The notes beneath the pieces were generated by a model. The model was given only the letters and a program-made list of their open reading frames with translations, was not told the DNA's origin and ran no database searches. The translations under genes and the position numbers were made by a program. This document shows, piece by piece, positions 38,105 through 52,459 of a stretch of DNA of 64,000 bases. Location: the NCBI GenBank assembly GCA_958009085.1, contig OY253671.1, positions 1,426,001 through 1,490,000 of the forward strand. The letters are read 5' to 3'. The stretch comes from Protoeuglena noctilucae (taxonomy: Eukaryota). Every line of letters begins with the position of its first letter. Positions within the stretch are counted from its first letter, which is position 1.

Positions 38105-39946
38105 ATGGACAACAGCAGGTACATGCTCGCTGGGCTGCAAGGCGAGACTGTCGTGCGCTTGCCCGGGGAGCTGGACGGCAACGCCTTCTCCATCGACCGG
38201 CTCGTTGGCTGTGTCGTGCACATACTGGACCACACTGCGCAAGTCCAGGTGTGTTTGGACCCTTTCCCTCTGCGGAGCCGCTGGCGGGGGCCCGCACCCC
38301 CGTCGCGCGCCCGCATCGCGCGTCCCCGGGGCAGACTTGTTCCCACGCGGCCCCGCGCGCGACGCCGCGCCTTTTCGCGGACCTTTCCACTCTCGCGGAC
38401 GCTTTGGTCCTCCCCGAACGCTGATGCGTGGCGCGGATGCCGAGTTTGGAGCTCCTGGGGTCCGGACGTGGTCCGGACCGGGGGGTGCCGTGGCTTGGGC
38501 GCGGATCCCTTTCCCGGGCCTCCCGGCAGTCCCGTTGTGGTTGAGAGGATCGCATGTGCCGTGGATCCACTGCAGCCGGGCCCAGGGGCGTTCACAAACG
38601 CCGGATGCCCTCCCGTCCCGCCCCCAGATAGACGACTGTGAGGACTGCACCTTCGTCATCGGGCCCGTGGCTGGACCGGTCTTCTTTCGCGACTGCAAGA
38701 ACTGCACCGTCTCGCTGGCGTGTCACCAGCTAAGGACCCGGGACTGCCAGGTGCGGGGCGGCCCCGCGGCATGCGCCTGGGATGGGCGTGTGATGTGCCA
38801 TGTGCCCCTGCACCTCTGTCTTCGCAGGACATCGTCTTTAACGTCTACTGCGCCTCCCACCCGTCGATCGAGGACTCGAAGCGCCTCACCTTCCGGCCCT
38901 TCAACGTCGCGTACCCCCACCTGAGCGCGCACTTCGCCTCGGCTGGCCTGGACCCCCTCACCAACACCTGGGACACGGTCCACGACTACAACGCCGAGGA
39001 CCCCGGCGCCGAGGACAACTTCCGCGTGGAGGTCCCCGACGTTCTGACATACCAGGAGCTCCCCCTCGACGGGTTAGGGCCCTGCGAGAACCCCGTGCTG
39101 GGACCCTCGGGAGAGCGGTACGCACCGGCAGCCATGGACGGCTTCGAGCAGGACGACCAGTTCCAGGGGAACTTCGACGGCGCCCAGAACGAGGGCGACT
39201 TCGGCGGCTTCGGGGAGGAGGCGGAGGCGGGCTTTGGCCAGGAGGAGGGCTTCGGGCAGGAGGGGGACGCGGACGCCGGCATGGAGGCCCAGGGCGGCGA
39301 CGCGATCGCGCACGGCGATGCCACGGACAACGGCTTCGACGACGGGGCCGCGCATGAGGAGACTAACGGCCCCGTGGCGGTGCCCCCGGCCCAGGCCACG
39401 TTCGCGCCCGCCCCGCCCGACTTCATGAGGGAGCTCGAGGCGCAGGAGCGCGAGCGCAAGCTGCAGCACATCGAGGAGGAGAAGAAGCAGCGCGAGGCGG
39501 TGAGGAGCCGGCCGCATGGTGGATGCTGCAAAGATGATGCGGTGTGGGCACGTCGCGCTCACCGCTCCCCGCGCTTCGTCGCCCCAGATCCGCGCGCAGG
39601 GCAAGGAGTGGCTGCAGCGCTTCCAGAACGAGCGGACGGCGACCCTCGAGGCCCGCAAGAAGGCCAACCGCGAGCAGATGGCCACGGAGGAGCGGATGAA
39701 CGAGCAGTTACAGGAGGCGAGGGGCGCCGCGCCCGCCTCGCCGGCCGCCAGCGCACCGGCTCGTCGTTCCCGCCCTGATGACATGCGAAACGAGCTGTTA
39801 TAATTTTTATGCAGGGCGACAACTTCTGGGAGGGCGTGACGACCATGGTGGCCAAGCAGAACCCGACGTCGGTGAACGGCGTCGACGTCAGCCGCATGAA
39901 GGGCCTCCTCGTCACCGCCAAGACGGTCAACATCCCCGTTCAGTAA
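38105..39946 (+). CDS. RP2/TBCC (C-CAP/cofactor C) domain fused to a clathrin light chain-like C-terminus
   Basis: Exons 38105-38248, 38628-38750, 38828-39499, 39588-39716, 39815-39946. RP2-like VVRLPGELDGNAFSID, IDDCEDCTFVIGP..GPVFFRDC.NC..SLACHQLRTRDC, NTWDTVHDYN; acidic linker; CLC-like EWLQRFQNER...EARKKANRE, NFWEGVTTMV, DVSRMKGLL..AK. Confidence 0.82.
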
Positions 39947-40157
39947 GCGGTTTACTCGCGAGGAGTACTGCCCCGTCTTGCACGCACGGTCTGTCTGGCA
40001 GCCCTGGCTCGCTTTGAAGGAGCATCGTTGTCGCGAGGAACCGTCACTGCACCTCTCACAGCGCATTTTCTGGCGCGCCAGTGCCCGTGACCGAGGAAAG
40101 CAGTGACTCAGCAACAAGCGCGGCGACCCAGCTCCACCACCCGCGCTGCTGGCCCGC

Positions 40158-43100
40158 ATGACGGGCCGGGGGACGCGTCGGCGGCTTTTCAGCTCGGCCG
40201 CGCGGCAGTTCCTCGCACTCGGCAAGAAGCATGTCCTCGTTCGCTGCCGGGCGTGGCCGCTGCTGGTCCTGCAGCTGGGGCAGGTGCGAGGGGCCTTAAT
40301 TTCAGCGCCGATGCGATGCTTATGTCTGGCGTGCATTCCTTCGCGAAGCTGCAGAAGCACGCGTAGCAGCCTGCGGAAGCCCGGAGGACTGTTTGAGGGG
40401 CTCAAGGGTGCAGCTGCACTCTGCAATTCCCCTGCGGCGCGCGGTGCGACGACGTGCTTTGCGGATGTGCGCAGATCGTCATCTTCATGTTCCTTATTTG
40501 GCTCGTCGGGCGCGCGGTCCAGCTGTCGGCGGAATACACGGCGGCAAACGATGACGTCAAGGCGCCTCGCCTGGACGCCGTCAGCAGCATCCCGAGCTGC
40601 TCTGCCAACATCTTTCTTCGAGATGGCTGCTACGATTTCGTCTACACGCCCACCGGCGACCCCATCGTGGAGCAGGTGGTCGCGTCCATGCGCCTCAACA
40701 ACCCAGGCCGCATCATCCCACCAGAGAGGGTCAAGGGCTTCCCAACCTTTCTGGACGCCGACCAGTGGCTCTTCCAGAACTGGGGACTGACCCCAGCCGC
40801 AGTGCACTTCTCCACTCCCGGCACGCCATCGCAGCCCACGACCACCCCCCTCGACGTCGGCTACACCCTTCAGACAAACAGCACGGTCAAGTACTTCAAG
40901 GGCAACTTCGAGCACCCCAACAAGGCCGCCCAGATTCCCCTCCAAGTCGCCGTGGAGCGGGTGCGTGTGCGCACGGGGGGCCATGCTGGTGTATACATGA
41001 GCGTCGTCCATCCCGTGTCCTCGCCTGTGCTGTGCAGGAGCTCTTCCGGCTCATGGCGCCAGGCGGCCAGCTGGGGGCATGGGACGTGGGCCTTATGTCC
41101 TTCGCGCACCCGCCTTATGTCCTTCGCGCACCCCCCGGCCGAGGCTGTTGCTGTGATCGGGTCAACAGCCCCCACGTTCGTCTTTGCCGCGGCCGTATTC
41201 AGCATGGTGGTCGCCATGCACGGGGTCCTCGTCGAGAAGGAGTGCGGCATCCGGTCCATCATGCAGCTCATGGGCTTGGGCGACTCCCCCTATTGGCTCT
41301 CGTGGTGGCTGGCCGAGGGCCTCTGGGCCCTGTACAACGCCGCCGCCGTCATGGCGCTCGGTCACGCCTTCCGCTTCCAGCTCGTCGTCAACAACTCCTT
41401 CGCCCTCGTCTTCTGCCTCGTCTTCCTCGCCTTCCTCTCCGTCACCTCCTTCGGGCAAGTGCCGCACTGACCCAGCAATCTGTCTCTCGTGAGATGCCAC
41501 TTCGTCTAATGTCACTCAGGCAACCTCCCTCGTCTCTGCTCCCGCAGCTTCCTGCTCACGAGCCTGATGAGGCGCCCCAGCGCCACCGTGGGCTGGGTCG
41601 TATACTTCATCGGGTGGCTCATGTCTCTCGTCGTGCTGTTAGGCTTCCCTTACGACCCCAAGTTCCACCCTGGCTGGAGGGCCCTCTTCGACCTATTCCC
41701 TTGGAACGTCCTCACCAAAGCTTTCCAGGACCTGGACCTTGCGGCTCAGCAGATCGGGGAAGGGGGGCTCACGTGGAAGGACCGGTCAGTGCGGCTGCCT
41801 GCGACATGAGCCAACGCAAAAACGAGCGCAGAAGAGGTGGCGATGACAACGCAGGCGCTTCCCTCGATCGCAGGTTCAACTACTGCGTGAAAAAGTATGA
41901 GCCAGGGCAGGCGCTGACCCAGCTGGCAAACTGCTCTACGCCCGTGGGCACCTGCATCCAGATCCTGGCGCTCCAAATTCTGGTGTACCTGAGCTTGCAG
42001 GTGAACAGCCACCACGGACCGCAACCGTGTGACGCAGATACCCTGCACGCTGCTCACCAGAGCACACCCGTAATGCATGTAGACTTCGTGACCAGCAGGT
42101 GTACTTGGACAACGTCCTGCCCACGTCTCTGGGCGCCCGGCGACCTCTCTGGTACCCCCTCGACCCGACCTACTGGTTCCCCTGCCTGGCGAGGAGGACC
42201 GTGCGGCATGCGAGGGCGGCACTCGACGCTGCCAAGAAGTCAGCAGGCCCCGAGGACGCGACCCTCGCTGAAGGTGACGGTGCAAGTCTTGGGCATCAGC
42301 GTGGCGCTTACGGTGCAGGGGCAGCAGGAGGGGGCGCACCCTGTACCATCACCAGAACCGACGCTCCCCTGCGCAGAGAGGGCTGAGGTCATCCGTCGCT
42401 GCGAGCGCTTCGTCCAAGGCGGCTCGAGCGCGGCCCTCCTGCCGGTCGAGCTCTTTGGTCTCAGCAAGTCCTTCCGAACCGGGCTCTTTGGCAAACCCAG
42501 GGACGCCGTCAGGGACGTGTGGTTTGGAATCAGAGAAGGCACCTGCCTGTGCCTGCTGGGGCCCAACGGGGCGGGCAAATCCAGCACGATCAACGCCCTC
42601 GTAGGTGGGTGGGCACGGTGCCATTGCCATTGCCCTTAGGCAAAGCGCTCCTCTCGCACTGTCACCGTCGAGTCCCTCAAGCCCCCCATGCGCAGGTGAC
42701 TCTCCCGTGACGCGAGGCGAGGTGCTGGTGAACGGGCACAGCATCCGGCAGCAGGGGGCGCGCGACCGTGCCCGGGCGTGCATCGGCGTCTGCCCTCAAT
42801 TCGACGTTCTGCTGGGCCAGCTCACCGCCCGCGAGCACCTGCACCTGTTCGGGGCCATCCGCGGGCTCCCGGCAAAGAAGCTCCGCGCCGAGGCCCAGAG
42901 GGTACGAATCGTGTCGCGCGCCTGTCTCACGCCTGCTGCGGTGCCACCGTGACTGTGAATGCCTGGGTGCAGTGAGCGTGACCTGCCTGACGACCCTCGC
43001 AGCTCCTGGACGCCGTGCATCTCACGGGCGCTGCCGACCGGCTCTGCGAGGGCTACTCGGGCGGCATGAAGCGCCGGCTCAGCGTGGCGGCCGCCCTCGT

Positions 43101-43982
43101 CGGCGACCCCGCGTGTGTGGTGCTGGACGAGCCCACCACGGGCATGGACCCGGTCTCGCGCCGGCAGGTCTGGTCCCTCATCCACCAGGCCAAGGTGGGC
43201 GTCGAGCGCCTTCCGCAAGCATACACACTGCGACGTGCGCGGCATGGTTGCCTCAGCTGTGTGAATGCCTCCCTCGCAGGCCGGCCGCGCTGTGCTGCTG
43301 ACCACGCACAGCATGGAGGAGGCCGAGGCGCTGGGCGACAGCATCGGCGTCCTGGTGCGGGGCCAGCTGCGGGCCTTGGGGCCCGGCCTGGCCCTCAAGC
43401 GTGCCTTCTCCTCTCGGTATGAGGTGCGGGTGCTGACGGGGGGCGAGGAGGGCCGGGAGGGGCGGGGGGCGCAGGTGGCAGAGCTGCTGCGGAGGGAGAT
43501 GCCTTGCGCCAAAGTGGAGGTGGCCCGGGGCGTCGTCACTGCTGCCGTGCCGCGGGAGGGCGAAGAGGGCATGGGGCGGGCGCTGCGCAGGCTGGAGGGC
43601 GGGCGAACCGCAATGGGCGTCCGCGACGTGCAACTGAGGCTAGCTCCGCTGGAGAGTGCCTTCTTCAAAATCGTCCACCTTGCCGAGGCCCAGGCCGCGC
43701 AGGTGCGAAGTAGGGGTGGCAATGCTGTGTGCATTCCAGCATAAGGCAGCCGCTCCGTGCTCCGTCAGCATGACTGAGCCACCCACGCATTTCTCGTACG
43801 CGCAGGAGGAGGGGAGGCGGGTGCTCGTCGCCATCCGCGAGGAGGGCGCTGAGGTGTCAGTCCCCGTCGGGGCGGACACGTGGACCTCGCCGTCCGGGCG
43901 GCGGTACGCGCTGACGTGGGGGCAGGACGAGCGCGGGGCGCTGCACTTCGAGTCCTACCGTCCCGCAGAGGAGGACGAGTGA
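40158..43982 (+). CDS. ABCA: Half-size ABCA (plant ABCA2/ATH-type) transporter; frame disrupted by a 22-nt duplication
   Basis: RQFLALGKKH N-terminus, YTLQTNST, QIPLQVAVERE, VEKECGIRSIMQLMGL.DSPYWLSW, Walker A GPNGAGKSS, IGVCPQFDVL, YSGGMKRRLSVA, LDEPTTGMDP, TTHSMEEAEAL. Duplication at 41090-41133 shifts the frame. Confidence 0.9.
41090..41133 (+). repeat. Perfect 22-bp tandem duplication inside an ABCA exon
   Basis: gccttatgtccttcgcgcaccc twice. Confidence 0.95.
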
Positions 43983-44005
43983 CGAGCATGCCATAACGTA
44001 CCCCC

Positions 44006-44991
44006 TCACATCTCGCCGCACTCGACGATGCGCACCGTCATGAGGGGCTTGTTCTGCGGCCCCGTGGCCACGTTCTCCATCTTCCGCACCACGAGCATGG
44101 AGTCGCCCAGCACCCGACCGAAGGCCACGTGCTTCTGGTCCAGCCAGTCCGTCTGCGGGAGTTGCCACATGGGTGGGTGGACACCGTCGGCGAGAAAGCA
44201 ACAGCGTGCTCGGCTCTTGGAACACGCCCTGTGCCTAAGACTCGCCTTGGCTGTCGTGATGAAAAACTGGCACCCGTTCGTGTTGGGGCCGCTGTTGGCC
44301 ATGGACAGGATGCCGGGCCCCGTGTGGCGAGCCGTGAAGTTCTCGTCCTGAGAGAGACACAGAGCAACGCACACGTTCGCGATATGCTTTTTAAGGAAGC
44401 ATGGCTTACGTTGCAGCACTCGTGGGGGCAGGGAACCTCGACACCCTGCCCGGCGCCATTGCAAGCCACGCCCGATGCCTGAAATAGCGCCCGGCGTCCA
44501 CGTCTCGCCTGGAACTTGGTGCCGTAGATGCACGTGCAGCCCGTGCCGTCTCCTTTCACGAAATCACCGCCCTGGATCATGAAGTCCGGGATGATGCGGT
44601 GGAAAACGCAATTCTTGTACCCCACTGGCTGCCCATTCTGCGCAGGCACGCAGCAGTCACGATGTGAGACACAGGACGCAAGCGCAGAACCGACGACGGC
44701 CTTCCAATGGGGCCCTACCTTGCGGTGCTCCCCTGTGCAAAACTGCCGGAAGTTCTCCGCCGTCAGGGGGCAGATGTCCTTCCACAGCTCCATCTTGATG
44801 CGACCGGCTGGCACATCCCCGATCGTCACGTCGAAGAAAACCACCGGGTTGTCCGGCTTCACTGCGCGCGGGGGACGCGGACCAGCTCGGCCTCATCCCG
44901 AAGCACACGGAGCGAACTGGCAGGAAACGCAGGCTTATGTAGCTTTTGTATGCTCTTATGTGTCCCCACCTGGCCTGGTGTGCCACTCCAT
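44006..44991 (-). CDS. PPIH: Spliceosomal cyclophilin H (PPIH/CYP22-type PPIase), 5 exons
   Basis: [92 protein letters not shown]. Confidence 0.93.
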
Positions 44992-45493
44992 GTCCCCCTC
45001 GCAGCAAACTTCGGCCCTCTCGCGCCCACACCAGCGACGCCGGCGATGCAGGCCCTGTAGCCCCTACCACCGCACAAAAGGCAACCCGATGCTTTTGGTA
45101 CGAAGTAAAGTTGCCGCACGGGCCGCGCGTATCCGGGATGCGCCGCCAACGGAGGCGATGGGCGCACGGCACGGCTTGGAGAGAACAGAGCGAGCACTCT
45201 CGGAGGGCCCACGCGCGGACGGGGTCACGGTAGTGGCAGAGCTGCAATGTCACCCGTCCACACCGTGCGGCCCCGTGCCATCGACCCCGCGACTGCCAAG
45301 CCAGTGCCCCATGCCAGGAGGTGCGACATGCTGTCAAGCGGCGGGCTGGCTGTGCGACAGGCACAAACAAGAACAGCCTTTATCGATCGTGAGCTCGTGA
45401 ACTGTGAGCCGGTCGTGAGCGTTCGTGCTCGGCAAGGTTGCGGTGGGTGCTGACCTGGTGCAGGGCCACCGCGTTGCGGGAGGGCTCGGGAGC

Positions 45494-47369
<1,876 letters not shown>

Positions 47370-47381
47370 TCCCTGTAGCTC

Positions 47382-48813
47382 TCAGTGCCGGGGGTCAGCT
47401 GCGTGGTTGCCGCCCGCCTCCCTCAGCGCCGCTAGCTCCTCCTCCAGCTTGCCCTCTTCTCCCTCCATGAACTGCGCGCAAGGACAAACCACGCCTCTTC
47501 CCTATACCATTGCCACCCTTGCCACCCAGGCCCCGCGTTGCCACCCACGCCTTGCTTTGCCCTTGCCTGGTAAGGGGAGAAGTCCTTTCCGGGGAAGCTG
47601 CCCTCGCGGACCTCGTCCCGGTACGCCACGAGGGCGTCGTGGATGTGGCGGCCCACCTCCCCGAACTGCTTGCAGAACTTGGGGGTCACCTTGGCGTGGT
47701 GCGGGTGCTGCATCATGCCCAGCAAGTCGTGGTAGACGAGGACCTGGCCGCTCGTGAGGCCCCCCGCGCCGATGCCGATCGTGGGGATGCCCACTGCACG
47801 TGTCACCGCCCCCCCCACCGCCTCAGGCACGCACTCAAGGACCAAGGCAAAGCACCCGGCACGCTCCAGGGCCTGGGCCTCCCGCACCACCGCCGCGGCC
47901 TCCTCGGCCGTGCGGGCCACGGGCCGGAACCCCCCCAGGACGCTGATGGACTGGGGCATGAGGCCCACGTGGCCCATGACGGCCACCCCCGCGTCGACAA
48001 TGGCGCGGGCGGCTGCGACACGCAAGGGGCTCCCGCCCTCGAGCTTCACGGCGTCCACGCCCCCCTCCTTGACGAGGCGGATGGCTGACGCCACCGCCTG
48101 CTGCGGCGACACCTCGTAGGACCCGAAGGGTAGGTCACCGACCACGAAGGGTCGGGTCACGCCGCGCGTCACAGCTCGGCAGTGCAGCAGCATGTCCTCC
48201 ATCGTCACGGGCTGCGTCGTGTCGTGCCCGTGCACCACCATCCCCACCGAGTCGCCCACCAGCACGATGTCGATGCCCGCATGGTCCACGTGCACGGCCG
48301 AGGGGTAGTCGTACGCCGTCACCATGGTCAGCTTCTCACCCCTCCTGCGCGGGGAAGAAGCCGTGCTTTTGCCGAAGCGGACGCGGCCTCCCGAGCGCCA
48401 TCGCGACGAGTGCTCGCCTGTAGGCCGCGCCCAACGTGCGCAGGGTCACGCGTTTGGGGACGTCCCTCTCTCGAGGACCCGTATAAATGACGGACTCTGG
48501 CCGGTTCGAGAAGCACTTGAAGCGTTCATTTGCATCACTTGCATTCCAGGGGCTCCGCTCGCGGGGAGCGGCGGCGGAAGGGAGCAGACGGAGAGTCAGC
48601 CTGCGATTGCACCTCAGCGGACGCGTATCGTCGGGCCACGCGGTGCGAATGGTAAGCTTACAAGGCTCACGGCATATCTCGAACGTGGCGGGCCTCGTCA
48701 TGCGAGCATGACGCCGGGGGCACTCACGTGCTTCGGGCAAGCACACACGCAGATCCCAGGGCCGCTCGGATGCACCCGCCCCCCCGGCGCATGGGCAGCA
48801 CGGACACTGCCAT
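47382..48813 (-). CDS. PANB: 3-methyl-2-oxobutanoate (ketopantoate) hydroxymethyltransferase, organelle-targeted
   Basis: Presequence exon [13 protein letters not shown]...; [12 protein letters not shown]...[53 protein letters not shown]...[19 protein letters not shown]. Confidence 0.95.
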
Positions 48814-49010
48814 CAAGAGAGGCAGAAAATCACAAAAACAGCCAAAGAGCTCTCGCAAATGACAAGCTGGAGCAGACTTCTTTGCGCACAAGATTGCTTT
48901 CAACAGCTCGCCGTGAGCGTGCGATGGGAAACATAACCCGCATATCACATGACCTGGCGGAAGAGGCTCCTCGAGTCTGACAGCGGCTGACACAGCCGAC
49001 ACATGCCCAG

Positions 49011-51413
49011 CTACGACCCCCCCTCCTGGTCCAACGCCGTGGTCGCCAACGCCTCCGCAAGCTTGGCGCTGCGTGAGCTGTCCAGGCCCGCCACCCCCGC
49101 CAGCAAGCCCTGCGAGCCGTGCGGGGACGCGCGTGGTCATTCGTGCCGTAGCGGACCTCGCTCCCACGACCAGCAGCGAGATGCACAATTGCTGCACACC
49201 CACCTTGGCCTTGGCACTGTCCCCTTTCCGAGCGTCGCCCAGCACGGCCCGCGCCGCAAGGACCTGGCTGGGGAGCACGCGCAACGCCCCGCACGCCCGC
49301 GCGTCGCCCTCCTCGAGCAGCTCGCTCCCCGGCAAGGCACGAACGTGGGGGGCGCTCTCCGCCCGCCACGTCTGCAGCGCAGGCACCCGGGAGTCCTGAC
49401 CCAGCCCCGACGACTCGAGCAGCCGCTGCACCTCACGTGGCGCCCCGTCCATCGCCGTTGGCTTGTGCGACAGGTCCACTCCGGGGCGAGGGCCCAGGCG
49501 CCGGGCAGCGGCCAGCCCGGCTAGGCCCATGGGCGCACCCAGGCCCAGCCCCACGCCCGCGCCCAGGACCGTAGCTGCCCCCGCGCCCGCCCCCTCGGAC
49601 CCCCGCCCCCGCACCCCCGCCAGCGCCGCCGGCCCCGCCCCCTCCCGCGCCTCCCTGCGCTGCCGCTCGGCCCGCAGCGCGTCGGCGTCGGCGAGCGTCC
49701 GCGCCCCCTGCCGCCTCGCGTCGCTCAGCTCCCCGATGGCCGCCCTTAGCTCCACCTCAGCTGCCATGCCCAGCACCAGCGCGCGGTGCTGGGAGGGGGG
49801 CAGGAAGCGCGCCAGGGGGCGGAGGAGCACGTGGACGCGGCGCTCCTCGTCCGACGCCCGCCGCTCCTGCTGCTGCATGCGCCGCACGTCCAGCAGACCC
49901 CTCTGCGGGCGACGTGCCGGCGTGACGCCATCACCGGCCGCGGTCGGCGCAGGCAAAAACACAGTGACGCAGCCAGCGTCCCCAACACGCAGCATGCTAG
50001 CCGCGTCGTTCACCCCGCAATCCCTCCCCCACCACTCGCCTCCAGGATGACGCGCCTCCTCCGCTCGCGCTCGTCCAGGCGTCGGTTGTACGCCCGCACC
50101 ACCTGCAGCTTGAGCGCGCGGCTGGCCTCCGTGTCTGCCTCGGTGAACTCGAGCTCCGCCACGGGTGCTTCTGCCTCGTTGTCCCAGTCGTGGTCGAATT
50201 CCTGGCGCTTCCAGGAGAAGCCCGTCACCTCCGCCGTGTTGTGCACCGACGCAGGGCCGGGGTCCGCCGAGGACCTGCGAGGGGCGACGCACTTTTGTTC
50301 TTGATGACACACACGCCGCGTCTCCAGGGTGCATGACAGTGCTAGTGCTGGCACCCGCGCTTCGGCCTCGCCTGAGCGTCCGCGTGACCCCCTGCTCGTC
50401 GTGGTTCGCCGCCGGCTTGCCGTCCGCGGCCTGGTGGTGGTGCTTGGCCTTCTTGCCCTTTCCGGGAGAGACGGGGCCTGCGAGAGAGGCGGGCAGAGGA
50501 ATCACACCGACCCACTGGGCGGCAACAAGCATTTGCGCCATGTATGGCCACGACGCCTGCACACTGAACTTACCCGCGTCCTCCGCGGTCCGCTTGCCCC
50601 CGCGCCCACCCCGCGCCGGCGCTGCCTCCTCAACCGCCGCCTCATCCTCCGCGGCACTGCGGACCCCGCGCCGCCCCGCCCCGACCGCCTCCCCTACCCC
50701 ATCTGCTGCGCCCTGTGCCAGCGCCACCCCCCGCCCCGGATCCACGCCCGCGAGCGACGGCAGAGCACGCGGCAGCGGCGCCTGGTCGTGCTCCCAGTAG
50801 ACAGCCAGGTAGTGGTGGTGGCACTCGGCAGGGGTGCGCGTCCCCACGTGCTCGGCGATCTTGTCCCAGCTGTGGGGCCCGTGCGTGTCGATGGCCTCCA
50901 GGAGCAGCAGCTCCTCGTCCGCTCCCCACCCGGGGTCGTAGATGGGCACTGCCAAGTGGTCCACCACGCGGAACGCATGCGAGACCTTGTGCGGGAAAAC
51001 CTCCACGCCCACTGCGCGCGCCGGGGAGGGAGCACGGCCCGTGGTATCGGAAGAGAGAAGCCGCTGAAGGCGGCATTACGCAGCGCGCCTCCCAGGTCGC
51101 AGGCGCGGGCGCGCAGGGCGCTCACCCAAGAAGCAGTCGACGCACAGGTCCAGGTCGGGACATTCGTTGCAGCGGACGTGGCCGAGGCCGGTCAAGTCCC
51201 GCTGACAGTTTGCGCAGACAAAGATGAAGCGCCGTCCAGTCGAGGGTTTGGACTTCTGCGCGGGGCTGAGGAGGGGACCTCGCGTTCAACCCTTCGTGAC
51301 TGAACCCGTCGCGAACCCGATGCGTGACCCCGTGGCCCGCGCACCTTCGCCATCAGCGCCGACGAACTTTCCATCGCCGCCTTCCGACGGCTCGGCCGGT
51401 CACCACCTCGCAT
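49011..51413 (-). CDS. ADA2: Transcriptional adapter ADA2 (SAGA): ZZ finger, SANT domain, ADA2 C-terminal region
   Basis: CANCQRDL...VRCNECPDLDLCVDCF, GWGADEELLLLEAIDTHG.HSWDKIAEHVGTRT.AECHHHY, GFSWKRQEFDHDWDNEAE, YNRRLDERERRRRVILERGLL. Confidence 0.92.
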
Positions 51414-52062
51414 GGCTGCCCTGCCGCCTTGGCGCGGGCCGGCCGGCGTGCGTCCCCGCCCGCTGGGCGGCCGGTGCCGTGGTCCCTGGCCAATGCAATA
51501 GACACTGGGCGGCGCGGTGCTCTAAAAGTGAAGCCGGATCGCTTGCTCGGCCGCAGGACTCAGCGCGAGTTGCACGCTACCTGCTGGGCGAGGAGAGTCG
51601 CTGAGGGGCCACTGTACCGGCGCCCCGCTCCTACCAAATACAGCACAGAAAACGGTAGCGTAGCGCGGTGAGCCAGGGCCTGGCGATTACAGTTCTGTCG
51701 AGCTAAAACTCCAGCGTCGGACTTGCGATGAGCAGGCCAGCAGGGCCATCTGGCTGGGCGATGCGGGGGCGCTGGCATTCCTGCATCGATACGCTGGCGC
51801 CACGTGCATCCCGATCCGTGAGGGGGACACTTGCCTTTCGTTTGGTCTCCATGCATCCATCTACGCTTATCTGAAGGCTCAGTACTCGCCCATCGATACC
51901 GGCGCGGCGGAGTAGGAGGGGCAGGTGCGATCCTGGCGTGCGGGCTAGGACAGGCGAGGCGGGAGCGTGTCGCTGCGAGGCCGGTGGGCTGCGCAGGGGA
52001 CCCCTGCGCGCCTCGTGCGGCTCCGTTGCGAACTGCCCATTCCGCTTGCTTGCGTAGACATC

Positions 52063-52400
52063 ATGGACAAGGGGGCATCGGGATCCGGGGCGAAAGCCGA
52101 CGCCAAGACGCCGAACGACTTCCTAAAAGCCATCAAGGGCAAGACGGTGATGGTGAAGCTCAACTCGGGCGTCGGCTACAAGGGCGTCCTGGTGTGCCTC
52201 GATGGCTTCATGGTGAGGCGCGCGCGAGCAGGCTGGGAGCCCCTGTATCGCTGCGCACCGCCCTGGCACACGTACCCCTCGTGCCTTCCCAGAACATCGC
52301 GATGGAGGATACGGAGGAGTACGTGAACGGGCAGCTTAAGAAGCGATACGGGGACTGTTTCGTCCGCGGGAACAACGTCCTGTACATTAGCCAGCTGTGA
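52063..52400 (+). CDS. LSM6: U6 snRNA-associated Sm-like protein LSm6, 2 coding exons
   Basis: KTPNDFLKAIKGKTVMVKLNSGVGYKGVLVCLDGFM|NIAMEDTEEYVNGQLKKRYGDCFVRGNNVLYIS. Probable 5'UTR intron 51668-52057. Confidence 0.95.
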
Positions 52401-52459
52401 CGGTTCAATATTGCGATTGCGCCTGTGCGATGGCTGCGATGGCATCTCCGGGCGGTTGT

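Noticed and set aside
39944..39946. Ulvophyte-type TAA/TAG=Gln genetic code
   Set aside because: TAA, TAG and TGA all terminate reconstructed genes, and no in-frame TAR codon was needed in conserved exons.
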